Below, piece by piece: positions 39,401-50,144 of a stretch of DNA of 64,000 nucleotides. The stretch lies in NCBI GenBank assembly GCA_000934665.2, contig KZ538196.1:1-64000 (forward strand). Reading direction: 5' to 3'. This DNA comes from Catajapyx aquilonaris (Eukaryota). The translations under genes were made by a program, and so were the position numbers. The notes beneath the pieces are model-generated. The model searched no databases. It saw only the letters and a program-made list of their open reading frames with translations, and was not told where the DNA came from. Positions within the stretch are counted from its first letter, which is position 1. Every line of letters begins with the position of its first letter.

Positions 39401-39681
39401 TAGAAAAGCATGTCTCTTTTGGCTTACACGTGCTGAGGATATGCTGACATGACCTCACGAGTTGGTCATTCTCCTTGGAGGCCTCCGGTAATCGCTGCGC
39501 ACACACATAGGCAACGCTGGCCATGAAAAAAAAAACTCTTCCATCTCTCTCTAAGCTAAAGAGAGGGTGGGCTCAGTCTACCTCTTTGCTTCAAGCTGGC
39601 AGGGTTGTAACCACGTGTTATTCAGCACAACAATACATATAGCCAGTATAGGAAGTGATGTGAAGTGTCCAGTGTCCAACC

Positions 39682-39854
39682 ATGACTAGTAAGGAGGTGG
39701 ACCCGAATGACCCCCAGGTCAAAAAACTGGTGTACAATATGTACAGAGGCATGCTGGTCAATTACAATGACAGGGCTAATGACATTGTTGCGCAATTGCC
39801 GGCCGGAATGGTCAAAGAGGACCAAGGGATTTACAAGCAGCTGGAGAGCATTGT
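39682..39854 (+). CDS. Alternative first coding exon C, MTSKEVDPNDPQVKKLVYNMYRGMLVNYNDRANDIVAQLPAGMVKEDQGIYKQLESI(V)
   Basis: ACC-ATG start, 57 open codons with helical-looking sequence, donor GTGAGT, phase 2 compatible with 43128. This frame is not listed in the ORF track. Confidence 0.8.
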
Positions 39855-42096
39855 GTGAGTATATCAAGGGCATCGTTTTTTTTTGGAGGTCACTAGAATG
39901 ACCCACATGCCCAATCGACACACTAAAGTGATTTGTGCTCGGGACAGGTTTTTACACATATATTTGTGATGCATATATTTGCTAGGAAAAAAGCATACAC
40001 CTACAGCTAACTCTGAATCATCGTGAGTGACGTAACTTGTTCGTATCGATATTGCTCATTGTTTGCATTGCAACAAACAGCTGGCTCTATCCTGCTTAGT
40101 TAGTGACACCCCTAAGAGTATAACCTTCAATTGAAGGTCTGGTATCCGTGCAAGTCGTGATTACATACGGCTTAAGTTCTATCCATCAGTAATGACCATA
40201 ATTGCGATCATGTCTCGAGCGTGTCTGGACATTACAGCAAGATCATATCGCACATAAACACTAAAGAGGTGCTTATTTATCAACAGTTTTGTATTAATTT
40301 TTGTATTAGTTGTATTAAGTTGTAAAAGTTGCTATTACGCTAATACTACACTAGGTTGTTTATATCCACAACTATAGTGAACCCATTGCGAAAAATTTGG
40401 CGAAACCTAAAATAATCAGTATGACAGTGACAATCAAACGACTTTAATGAGATGACCCCCTCCGATTTACCACGAAGTACTAATCTTCACTCATAGATGG
40501 CGCACACTCATGTCAGATTGTGCGAGAGATGGCGATACTATCAGGTCGGACAAACATCCGACGGAGAGAATAAGCCTATTAGGAGACAGATTTTAAGGTC
40601 TGCATAAAGGAGGCTTAGCTTTCAATAAATGGACTGTCCTTACTAATTAGTCCGATAGAAATGCAATTTATAGCATAGCTGATTAATACAATAGTAGCCA
40701 ATACGTGTGAGAACTATTAAAATCAGCTTAGTGCTGTTATTTCTCCTGCAATTGCGGACATTTCAATTGCATCCTGCCTAAACTGTACGTGTCAACCTAG
40801 CAAATCCTAATTACTCATTACCCTCCTTTCTAATGAGCTGTCCCATTGAGAATAAATCTCGGTCAGACCCCCTCCATATGTTACTCATCGGTTGTTTTTT
40901 TCATCCTCGTAACCGCGTTGTTCCTTAGAAAGCGAAAGGTGTACCTTATCTTTCTTCTTTCCTCGAACGGTACATTACGTGCAAACAAGTGTGTTGACCC
41001 ACATTTCGCAAATGTTTAACAAACAAGACGTGCAATTGGCAGTGTTTGGCACATCTACCATGCCTGCAAGTACTCCGACCCTAAAATACCGTCTCAGTGT
41101 AACTACCAAAAAAAGAAATAAAAAGAAAAGAGAAGTAAGTTAAAGGGAACAATGGTTGGCGTTTGGCAACCCAGATGCACGTGCCAATCCAAGCAGACCA
41201 CTCGGCTCATTATTATTACGTGTGTATTGCTGCTGTACTTGAGTCAAAGGAATTCCTGGTTGCATATACTGCTGTGTACACACTGGAACGTCTCAAAGGG
41301 AAGGCCCCCACGTTGCGGAATCTGAAGGTTAGCCCGGAATGCCCGAATTCCGAGGCGGTGACGGGAGGTCGACTTTTTTTTTAAAAACAAAAAAAATATA
41401 GAGCTAAAAAGGTGTGTGGTCAGACCTTCACATGTGTTTTTGTCATCACGAAGGAATTTTTAGGGCCAAGGAACATTACTTTAAAATTTAGGATTAATCG
41501 CATATTTAAGCTGGTTTAGGGAATATCCTAGATGTGTGGCATTACATGCAGGATATTCCCTATACCGACATATTTACTGTACAACGATCCAATTCAGGTG
41601 AACCTGATTTTTCTTGGACTTCATAGGCTTACCCTTTATTAAAATTATATCATAAATATTATCATAATGTATTAAGTGTTTATCACAGTTAAAAATACAT
41701 GGTGGGCTGTTTTTACATTAATTTCGTCCCAATATTACGTTTTATAACTATCATGTTTTTTTTGCATGTATAGGCCTGTATGTTTTTATAAAGTGTATTT
41801 TCTATTTATTTCATTTTATATGCATTTTATATGATATATTCTCTCTTTTAGACCTACACATATTTAGGTATTATAAGTTGACTGTTATATATTTATTTTG
41901 TGTATGATTTAATTTCTGTTATTACAAAATCCTATTATTTTATTGCTATTACTGTACATTTTAAAATACACATGTATGGCCACATTATATACCAAACTGT
42001 TAAAATAGGGTTTAATTATTTTTATTAGTTTATATTAATTAGCGTATATAATATACTGTATTTGGTACGAGTAGACCCTATTAATTTAATTATACA

Positions 42097-42240
42097 TCTA
42101 TGACATTAAAATCCTATACATTGTGTGACCGAGTCCTCTGATTGGTCCGCCGCATATTGTTATCGCGACGCTTCCCATTGGCTCCCGTTCTGCGCAGGCG
42201 CAATGGGGGGGTGTACGGAACGCCTCTGGTGGGTGGGAGG
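42097..42240 (+). mobile_element. Helitron-like 5' segment, homologous to 26738-26890
   Basis: A|TCTATGACATTAAAATCC start and shared internal motifs. Confidence 0.55.
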
Positions 42241-43127
42241 AGAAACTGTTCATTCATTCGTTTGCTTGTTTATTTATATCACTTACCACAACTTTCAATG
42301 CGAAAGCAGACTTTCAACTTCATCAACTGCATATTACAACGTGCCCTCTGCGCACTCCCAGCAACTTACGTTAGCAGAACGCAATAACGACCGGAAAATG
42401 AGTTCCTGTTTTGAATTTCGCCATACACAAAAAAAACAACAACACACACGTTAATTATCCCGACCAGTCTCTGTACGACCAAATGGTGCGGAACATATGC
42501 GCTTCACACAGATTTATTATGCAGTATACCGGTACGCACTTTAAAAAAAAACAACACTGGCCAAAGTGCATTCCCTCACTATCGCTGGCCTGCTCAGAAA
42601 GGAATTCCTGAGCCTTAATTATTGGGACAAGAATTTCATTACCGGCAATCCCCCTGGTGTTTAGTGAGATGGTGATTACCACCCGATAGTTGAGGCATCC
42701 TGCCGAATGACACTCGAAAAAAAAATGTGTGTTTGGAATTTTTTCCGTTTTTTTGTGTGTGTATGTGTTCCGGACCTTGAAAGTGAGTTTTTGGGGACAG
42801 GAATCCAACAACTTGTTTTTATTTCTGGATAGACCAAACAACAACTCCCAATATATTGATGTATAAAAATTGCGAGCAAAACAAGGGGGGGTCTTGCAAA
42901 TTTTCACGTCAAAAAAGCCTTGACCTTGGCCAATCCGTTTTGACTAGTTTACCCAAGAAGGAAACTTGACCACTCAAGGCAACGATGCCTGTACAACGAA
43001 GGACGATCTGATCGTGTCTGGTCTTCTGGGGAGGTTAACTTAACCTTGAACCTTGGCTCCCTTTTCGAGAGAGAGGCTGCTCGATTGAGGCCACTTCCGA
43101 CATGATTTGCTTTTTATTTGTTCGCAG

Positions 43128-43216
43128 ACGCCAAAACAACCAGGTTTCTGGAGGTGGAAGTCCGGCAACACCGCCATCAGCGCCATCGGAGCCGTTTGCG
43201 CCTGCGTCGAGTCCAG
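43128..43216 (+). CDS. PDZ/ZM-like gene, first common exon (RQNNQVSGGGSPATPPSAPSEPFAPASSP)
   Basis: ttcgcAG / GTAAAG; 89 nt, phase 2->1. Confidence 0.85.
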
Positions 43217-43329
43217 GTAAAGTACCGTGCGCAGTAGGCCTACCGTGCGCAGTACCGTGCGCAAATAAGATGCCCAAAAGAGTTTGCGACAAATAATGTG
43301 ATCACATTTGACCTTTGACCTGCTTACAG

Positions 43330-43424
43330 ATGGAGGTGCAGGATCCCCACCTGCTTGTCCACCACCACCGCCTCCTCCGCCTCCACCACCAGCGAACATG
43401 CCGTCGTTGAGAATCTCATCAGAA
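43330..43424 (+). CDS. Polyproline exon (DGGAGSPPACPPPPPPPPPPANMPSLRISSE)
   Basis: cttacAG / GTGAGT; 95 nt, phase 1->0. Confidence 0.85.
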
Positions 43425-43480
43425 GTGAGTATATGTTCACATGGCCTTCGTTTGGGTTGTTACGGTGCCTGTCGTTTCAG

Positions 43481-44619
43481 ATTAACCAGCCGCGTTTGTC
43501 ACCCGGTATGCCACCGCCGGCCATCCAAAACGCGATGCTGACCAAAGACAAGAAGCCGTTTACGTACACACCAGGCGGAATTGACCTCTCAGAAATTAGG
43601 AGTCCACGTATGCAGAAGCGGATATCACGCAATGCGATGAGTGAAGGAGTCTGCAACGATGTGCGTCCTGCCGCGCCCGCTGCGTCCCAGCCGCTTCCGC
43701 CGCAAGCAATGGCGGCCATGCAGCCTCAGATTGCGGTGCCGGTATTTCCACAGGGTGTGCCAGTACTACCACCACCACCGCCGCCACCACCGCCTGTACA
43801 ACGACCACCGTCACCACCGCCAGCACCCAAGATGACACCGCCGACAATGCCGACATCACCACGTCCGGTGTTACCCACACCAACAATGCCGCCGCCACCA
43901 CGTCCAGTACCGACAACACCGACAACGACAATGCCGCCGCCACCACGTCCGGTACCAACATCACCGACATCACCGACCACGTTCAAGAACGAACCTGGCT
44001 CCATCTACGTGCCTCCAGTCGTCGGTACGCGTCCGGAAAGCCACGCTGTTGGTGCCATCTTCATCCCGCTGATACCAGAGGACCAACAGCAGCCGACAAC
44101 ACCGCAGTCGCCGTACCCGAACCTGAACAAGACGCCGATGCCCTGGATGAACTCCCAGCAGCGGAAGGTCACTCCTCCTGCTCAGCCTCAACAGGCGCCA
44201 CCGTGGGTGCACCAGCAGCAGGACAGTCCTCCGTGGTCAGGGCAGCAGCAGCAGCAGCCTCCGTGGGTGGGCAACCAGAGGGCACCGGCACAGCAGCAGC
44301 AGGCCAGGGTCATACCGGTACAGAGAGAGGAGAAAGGACAGCAGGGCTCAGGGTCGCAGCAGGGCAGGATCATACCCATACAGGTGGAAGGCCGCAGTCC
44401 GCCAGTGACCACCGGCAGGCCTGGAGGTCAGCAGCAACAGCAGCAGAGACCTGCTGGAAAAGACATGCCGTCCTCAGGTGGAGAGAGGATCATACCCATC
44501 CAGGTCGAAGGTCAGGACAGTCCAAAGACGCCGCAATGGCAGCAACAGCAGCAACAAAGATGGCCTCAGCAACAGGGGTCAAACTCGCCTGGAGCTGACG
44601 TCGCCACTGGAATGAACAA
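43481..44619 (+). CDS. Large Pro/Gln-rich exon with KKPFTYTPGGIDLSEIRSPRMQKRI motif and IPIQVE repeats
   Basis: tttcAG / GTGAGT; 1139 nt, phase 0->2; lies inside ORF 43355-44623. Confidence 0.92.
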
Positions 44620-44627
44620 GTGAGTAG

Positions 44628-44918
44628 ACTCACACGCGTGATTCGAGTAGACTTTTTCTCAGTGTCTAGGAAATTCAAATTGGACACCAATGACCTAGAA
44701 TGTCTAATTTCTCGTTGGGCCATGTTATGTAAGAAAAATAATTTATGAATCATGTAGGCGAATCGAGTGGACCCGGAAAACCGGAAGTGGCCGGTCACCG
44801 GAAGTTGGCCATGGCACCTCCACTGAATCAGAATCCGAAAACCGTTTGCGGTTTAGGCCCTGATACCTGTCCACGGACAGAGTCGTTCTAAAAGACTTTT
44901 TAATGAGGAAAAGTCTGA
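44628..44918 (-). mobile_element. HINE/DINE-1-like element, copy 3, filling most of a short intron
   Basis: gcgtgattcgagtagacttttt ... ccggaagtggccggtcac ... gtttaggccctgatacctgtccacggacag ... agacttttt/aaagtct. Confidence 0.7.
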
Positions 44919-44956
44919 TAATTGTTGTAACTTGAATTTAATTAAATTGTCTGCAG

Positions 44957-45057
44957 CCTCAACATGCGGGACAACAATGGTGGTCCAAAGAGAGGGCCTG
45001 TGGACCCGATCCAGTCACGATCCTTCCGGATTCTCCAGCAGTTTACAGATGCAGATG
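44957..45057 (+). CDS. Exon with IQSRSFRILQ motif
   Basis: ctgcAG / GTAAGA; 101 nt, phase 2->1; LNMRDNNGGPKRGPVDPIQSRSFRILQQFTDAD. Confidence 0.88.
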
Positions 45058-45116
45058 GTAAGACCTCTCAATTACCTTCACTTACATCGGAATAATTGCA
45101 TTTACCCATTGCTCAG

Positions 45117-45236
45117 AACCTGCGGGTGCAAGGACTGCCGGAAACAACTCGGTTCCATCCAGGCCTTACCACACCTTACCAAAGATGCCAATGACCGAAG
45201 ATGACCGCAAACTAATGAACATGTTCAGAGCTCAAG
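45117..45236 (+). CDS. Symmetric exon (EPAGARTAGNNSVPSRPYHTLPKMPMTEDDRKLMNMFRAQ)
   Basis: gctcAG / GTAAAT; 120 nt, phase 1->1. Confidence 0.85.
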
Positions 45237-45993
45237 GTAAATATGTGCACATACTATGTACTTAGACCATGAATATGGTCAGTCCTACTAAACACATTTT
45301 AAATGTCACTAGGTGATTTTTTTACGAGCTAAACCGAGGGCGCACCCACACTCGCGCGCTCCATTGTTATGAAAACAGCGTTGCCAGATCTACTCCCCAG
45401 GGGGCCAAATTAACACTCGGAACCTTCCATAGGCTTGGCAACGTCGCAAACATCGGCCATTTTGCTTCTCCCCCAAACGTAGCGTTGGAAATAAGTGCAG
45501 TGCTTAATTAAAAGTACACACACTGTACAGAGAGCTTACCAGATGCCATTGATAATTCCAACCGTGCAAACTGCGCGAACATTGGTGTGCACTCGGTTGT
45601 GTTCGTACTGTACAAAAATTAACTCTTATCGGAACTGATGTGGTTGGCCACAATTTTCTTCCATGGTACCGGTACTCAACCTATATTAATATATTACCAG
45701 CTAATATTTTTGCAGATAGCATCTTTTTGGTAGCAGCTTAAAAGGGAAAATATTTAACGCGTTATATGTTTCAATTTTTGAAAGTTCAGCCTGACGTCAT
45801 TGCCAGTATGGTGACATGATTATTAATGACGTCACTCCGAAATTTAAAGTATCGGAATATAGTATACTTGGCAGACTGTATGCAGTACCTTGTATTGGTT
45901 ACAGTTCACATTCGACCTTGTATCCAATTGCTCACAATGGCCGTCAACCCCCCCTTTTTTGGCTGATTACTATTAATGTCCCTCAAGTTTCAG

Positions 45994-46080
45994 AGGACTT
46001 GTCCAATCAGGGCGAAGAAAACCTGCTGTACAGAGGAGGTCACATCCCATCCAAAGTCTTTCGGATACTCGACGAAAGCG
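45994..46080 (+). CDS. Symmetric exon with YRGGHIPSKVFRIL motif
   Basis: tttcAG / GTATAA (weak donor); 87 nt, phase 1->1. Confidence 0.75.
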
Positions 46081-46313
46081 GTATAATGATATTTAAACAA
46101 AATTAATTACCCTTCATCTCTCTTTATATAGGCTTTCAATCTACCCGGGGTCTCACAAGTTCTTTCTGCTTCTTATCGTACAGTATGTTCCAATTGAGGG
46201 TTGTGCAAGCTGCTTAATTAAGCAGTTGCTAAATGTTAGCTACATATGAAATGGGTCAAAAATTTGGCTAAATTTCAATTCAAACCCAGAGTAACCTAAT
46301 AAGCTAATATTTA

Positions 46314-46385
46314 TTTAGTTATTTATTTATTTAATTAATTATTTATTATGAAACCCCTTTCGAGGGCTTTACCCTTTTTGGGGGA
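46314..46385 (-). mobile_element. 5'-truncated retroposon end (72 bp) with 17-bp target-site duplication
   Basis: TAATAAGCTAATATTTA occurs at 46297-46313 and 46386-46402. The insert has a stem-loop and a (TAAA)n tail on the minus strand. Confidence 0.7.
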
Positions 46386-46688
46386 TAATAAGCTAATATT
46401 TAAATAGCCCTTGAGAGTAATATTAGCTAAATATTTGATGTATAAAATGAATGGGTCAACAATTGGGCCAAAAATTAATTTAAATTAAAAATTGGTAAAC
46501 CTGATATTGCAAGTAATATTTCAAAATAGCTACTGCTTTTTATAAACAGCTTATGTGGCAAAATTCTCATTTGGATCACTTTGTACCCTCCAAAAAAATT
46601 GGTGATGGGCATATTTTAACATGCTTTTTTTCTCTCTCTTTCTCTGCTTTTTTTTCGTTTTATTTTTTTATTTTTTTAAAATTGTTAG

Positions 46689-46808
46689 TTGATGAAGGTT
46701 CCTACCTGCATTCTGAAGTGGACCCCCGCTATCGAGGTCCCAACATCCCCTCTCGAGCCTTTCGCGTACTACAAACCATGACCGATACTGCTGGCAATGA
46801 CCTAGATG
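46689..46808 (+). CDS. Symmetric exon with DPRYRGPNIPSRAFRVLQ motif
   Basis: ttgttAG / GTATTA; 120 nt, phase 1->1. Confidence 0.88.
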
Positions 46809-47399
46809 GTATTATTACTTGAGGACAAGCTCTTGCCTCTTGATTGCGTTTGTATGGCTTTTGAATTGCATGTGGTCGTGACTGTGCTTGATTCTATAAA
46901 GGTCGTTTGGAATGTATAGAAGAAGAAAAAAAAGCTTGTGACTTTTCAATGCTATAAATGGAGACGACTTATCTTTCATTGTCAGATTCGTAGAATCACA
47001 TGTAGAACTGGCTTGTGTGCCTCTGTTTGTCCGGAGTAACCACCAAGGTGCATGTAGTGCCACTACTCCTCGCACGACCCTGAAAGTGGCAGCAGTGTGC
47101 AGATAGGGAGTATGCGCCATCTGTGTCAGGAACATGGTATATGAAGACAGTCCGGCAGTTTGCAAAATTTTGGCAACTAGTATGACATAATCCATCTAAA
47201 GACTACTCTAAAAATTATAGGCATACTCAAGTTGGTGGTAGCTACCTACTAACAGCATGTGATCGTGCATTGTTGTTGTGTCTGCACTAGATATTTCCAT
47301 CAGAAGTGTGAACAATGTATCGTCAGTTTTATTGTGCAGACATGTTTAAAATTATTATATTTTAATCATTTTTAACGTCCACTTTAATGTTTCTTACAG

Positions 47400-47459
47400 T
47401 ACCTAGAGGCGCAGCGATGCAGCAGTCTACACAACGAAGCGCGGCGGGCAACCAGCGAG
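47400..47459 (+). CDS. Symmetric linker exon (VPRGAAMQQSTQRSAAGNQR)
   Basis: cttacAG / GTGAGT; 60 nt, phase 1->1; a GC-rich island in an AT-rich intron. Confidence 0.8.
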
Positions 47460-47904
47460 GTGAGTACAGATGGTGACCTTTGACCTCTTCTAGGTTGAAC
47501 GGTGTGTGATTCAGGCTAGTAAGTAATTTATTTTAATTAACAAAATTTGTAATCAATTTTCATAACGTGTTACAGCAATATTATGGACTATAATAATTAT
47601 GACAAGAACAATAATTATGTCGTAATAATAATGATAATACTATGCAATGAAAAAAAAGTAAAGGAAGTAATGATAATAAAGAACAAACATTATTAATTTA
47701 AAAAAATAAAATATCATAAATAATTGATTAGTAGGCTATGTGTAAGTAAGCAAAAGTAGTGCATACCATGTAATAAAATAGTGTAATCACATAATATGGA
47801 ATAATATTGTAAATAAGAATTAATAATTCCAGTGTAACCGTTACAAATTGTTAGCACTTGATCTAATTGCAATGATCGATTAATTAATTTCCACAAATTT
47901 GCAG

Positions 47905-48036
47905 AGAGCCAGCAGCAGATGTACGTTCACCCGTCTCAGCAACAGCAGATGCCTGAACCGAAGAAGTACACGGGAAGCAGCATTCCCTCTCGCTCCTTCA
48001 GGATGCTGCAAGCCATGACCCCTCAAGAAGACTGTG
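47905..48036 (+). CDS. Symmetric exon with EPKKYTGSSIPSRSFRMLQAMT motif
   Basis: tttgcAG / GTAGGT; 132 nt, phase 1->1. Confidence 0.9.
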
Positions 48037-49345
48037 GTAGGTTGACTCTCTCAAGCGAGACAAACTTGTAGTGGTCAAACCCACTTTTTTAAATAGTGAC
48101 TTAATGATATTTCCAAGCCTGCAATAATTGAATCAGGAGAGTCATACTTTTTTTGATTTACACAAGATGGTGCACTTTTAAGTTGAGGTGGAAAGATTGT
48201 CAAGGTTTGTTCATTCCAGCAACCAGCTTTGAAGTGAAGCAACAGCCATGGCAATAATATTAGTGATGGCATCTGATTTTTGCTTTTTAAAAATAATTAG
48301 TGATTGAGCTGGGTTAAACAATCTGTCAATTTGTTCACCACTTTTCAACTGTGCACCACCAGTGTACACTAAAAATTTAGTGAATTTCATATAGGCCAAA
48401 TTAAGGCAAAATCTCAGATTAAGTGTGTTTACATTACACAAAATCTGAGATTTAAACTTGAGCTGATGTAACCAGGCCTAAAGGGTTTTGCTGTGGAAAA
48501 AAATGAACCTGCATATTGCAAGTTATGACTCATTAATGTGCGGTTAGCATAATTTTAATATTTTAGCTGCACAGAAATTCAATTTTTCCACCGCAACCTT
48601 CTGTTAAATATGAATCGGTAACTAACATATTGTGCATCGGAGGTAAGGTTATATTTTGCAAAAGTTTGTTTAAAAAAAATTGTTTATCATGCCTTTTATT
48701 ATTTTTTTTAATGTTAATTTTTTTTTCACCTCATTCTGACAATAATGTGTGCTGTGCTCAGATGCCATTATTCTTCTTAGCTGTTGACCCAAATTAACCA
48801 GTTTCACGATTGGTTCCCGCCCCCCCGCAACCTACAAGTTTTTTTTTTTTTTCAAAAGAAATTTTTCAAAAAAAAATTAAATAATTATTGAAAAGCGATT
48901 GGACAGCTTTGGAGATATTATTATAATTATTATAACTCCGGGTAGACTGTGTTCCAGTTATTGAGGTGTCCGTTTCAGTTATCAAAATTTTTCACACCGA
49001 CATACTGTAAAAATAAGCAGCTACTTTTAACAGTTATTTTCAGTGGATATAAGCTATCAGCTTTGACTATGAAGTTTAGTAAATTATTTTATTGAGGTTG
49101 TCAATTTCTGTCGAGGTTTTGCAAACTAATAGTCAATATCTGAAGATTAATTTCTCAGAATTTTTTCCTAATATTAGCCGCTAATATTTTTTTGCAATCA
49201 TCTGATCAAAAGTAACTGCTTAATAACAAGCAGCTTAATTGCGAAAAAAATCGCTAACTGAAACAAGACTTCAATTGGGAGCAAATGGGATAATTAAGAC
49301 TGTCGTCATGATTTGCCAGGGCCATTTGCACTGCACTCCTGGAAG

Positions 49346-50011
49346 CGAACCCGGACCGGAACCGGTTCACTATTTCGAAAAATGCAGTGTTTGCCAGATT
49401 GTTGGTCATCTGATAAAAACAAAAGAGTTTGTTGGCACCAATTGGTGTCGACAGAATTTTTGTTAATTTTTTTTATGAGCGCAACCGAGTGCGCAACACA
49501 GTTCGCGCAAATTGTTACTTGAGGTGGTAATAATATGGCCGACTTTTGCGACGTTGCCAAGGCTTTGGAAGGAACGAACGGGTGAATGTATTTGGCATCT
49601 GGGGAGTAACTGTGGCAACGTTGTTGTCAGAACAATGGAGCTGCGCGAGTGTGGGTACGCACTCGGTTGCGCTCGTAAAAAAAATTCATATATCGCAAAA
49701 GTCGCGGGGGCGAATATGCCGGGGGCTAAAAGTCCGGGGGCGAAACGGCGGGGGCTAAAAGTCCGAGACCCCAAAAGTCGGCCATATTGTTACCCCCTCA
49801 AGAGTAGCGTTGGAAACAAGTGCACCGCTTATTTACCAGCGTACCCACATTGCCAGATATCATTGATAATTCCAACCACGAAAGTTGCGCGAACTGTGTT
49901 GCGCACTTGGTTGCACTGTTTTTTTTTTTTTAATCATCTATTGGTTGTCAACAATTTTTGATTGGCAACATCCTGCTTGGCAAATAGTGAACCGGTTCCG
50001 GTCCGGGTTCG
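49346..50011. mobile_element. ~670-bp foldback/composite DNA element
   Basis: Perfect 30-bp inverted ends CGAACCCGGACCGGAACCGGTTCACTATTT. Inner inverted repeats at about 49479 and 49885-49915; an inner segment is homologous to about 45480-45600. Confidence 0.8.
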
Positions 50012-50144
50012 GTTTTCATCTGGTGCCGTGTGAATGACCCTGCTGAAGTGTGTGTAGAGAGGAAAATATTATTATCTTAGGCTGTAAGAAGTGACCGACC
50101 GACCAACTTGTCCATATCTTTGCCCGGTCTCTTGTCTCTTGTAG

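Noticed and set aside
30830..43127. Nested small gene (e.g. an insulin-like peptide) in the long introns of the PDZ gene
   Set aside because: A visual scan for CC-x3-C-x8-C and signal-peptide exons on both strands found none; a tBLASTn search would be needed to exclude it.
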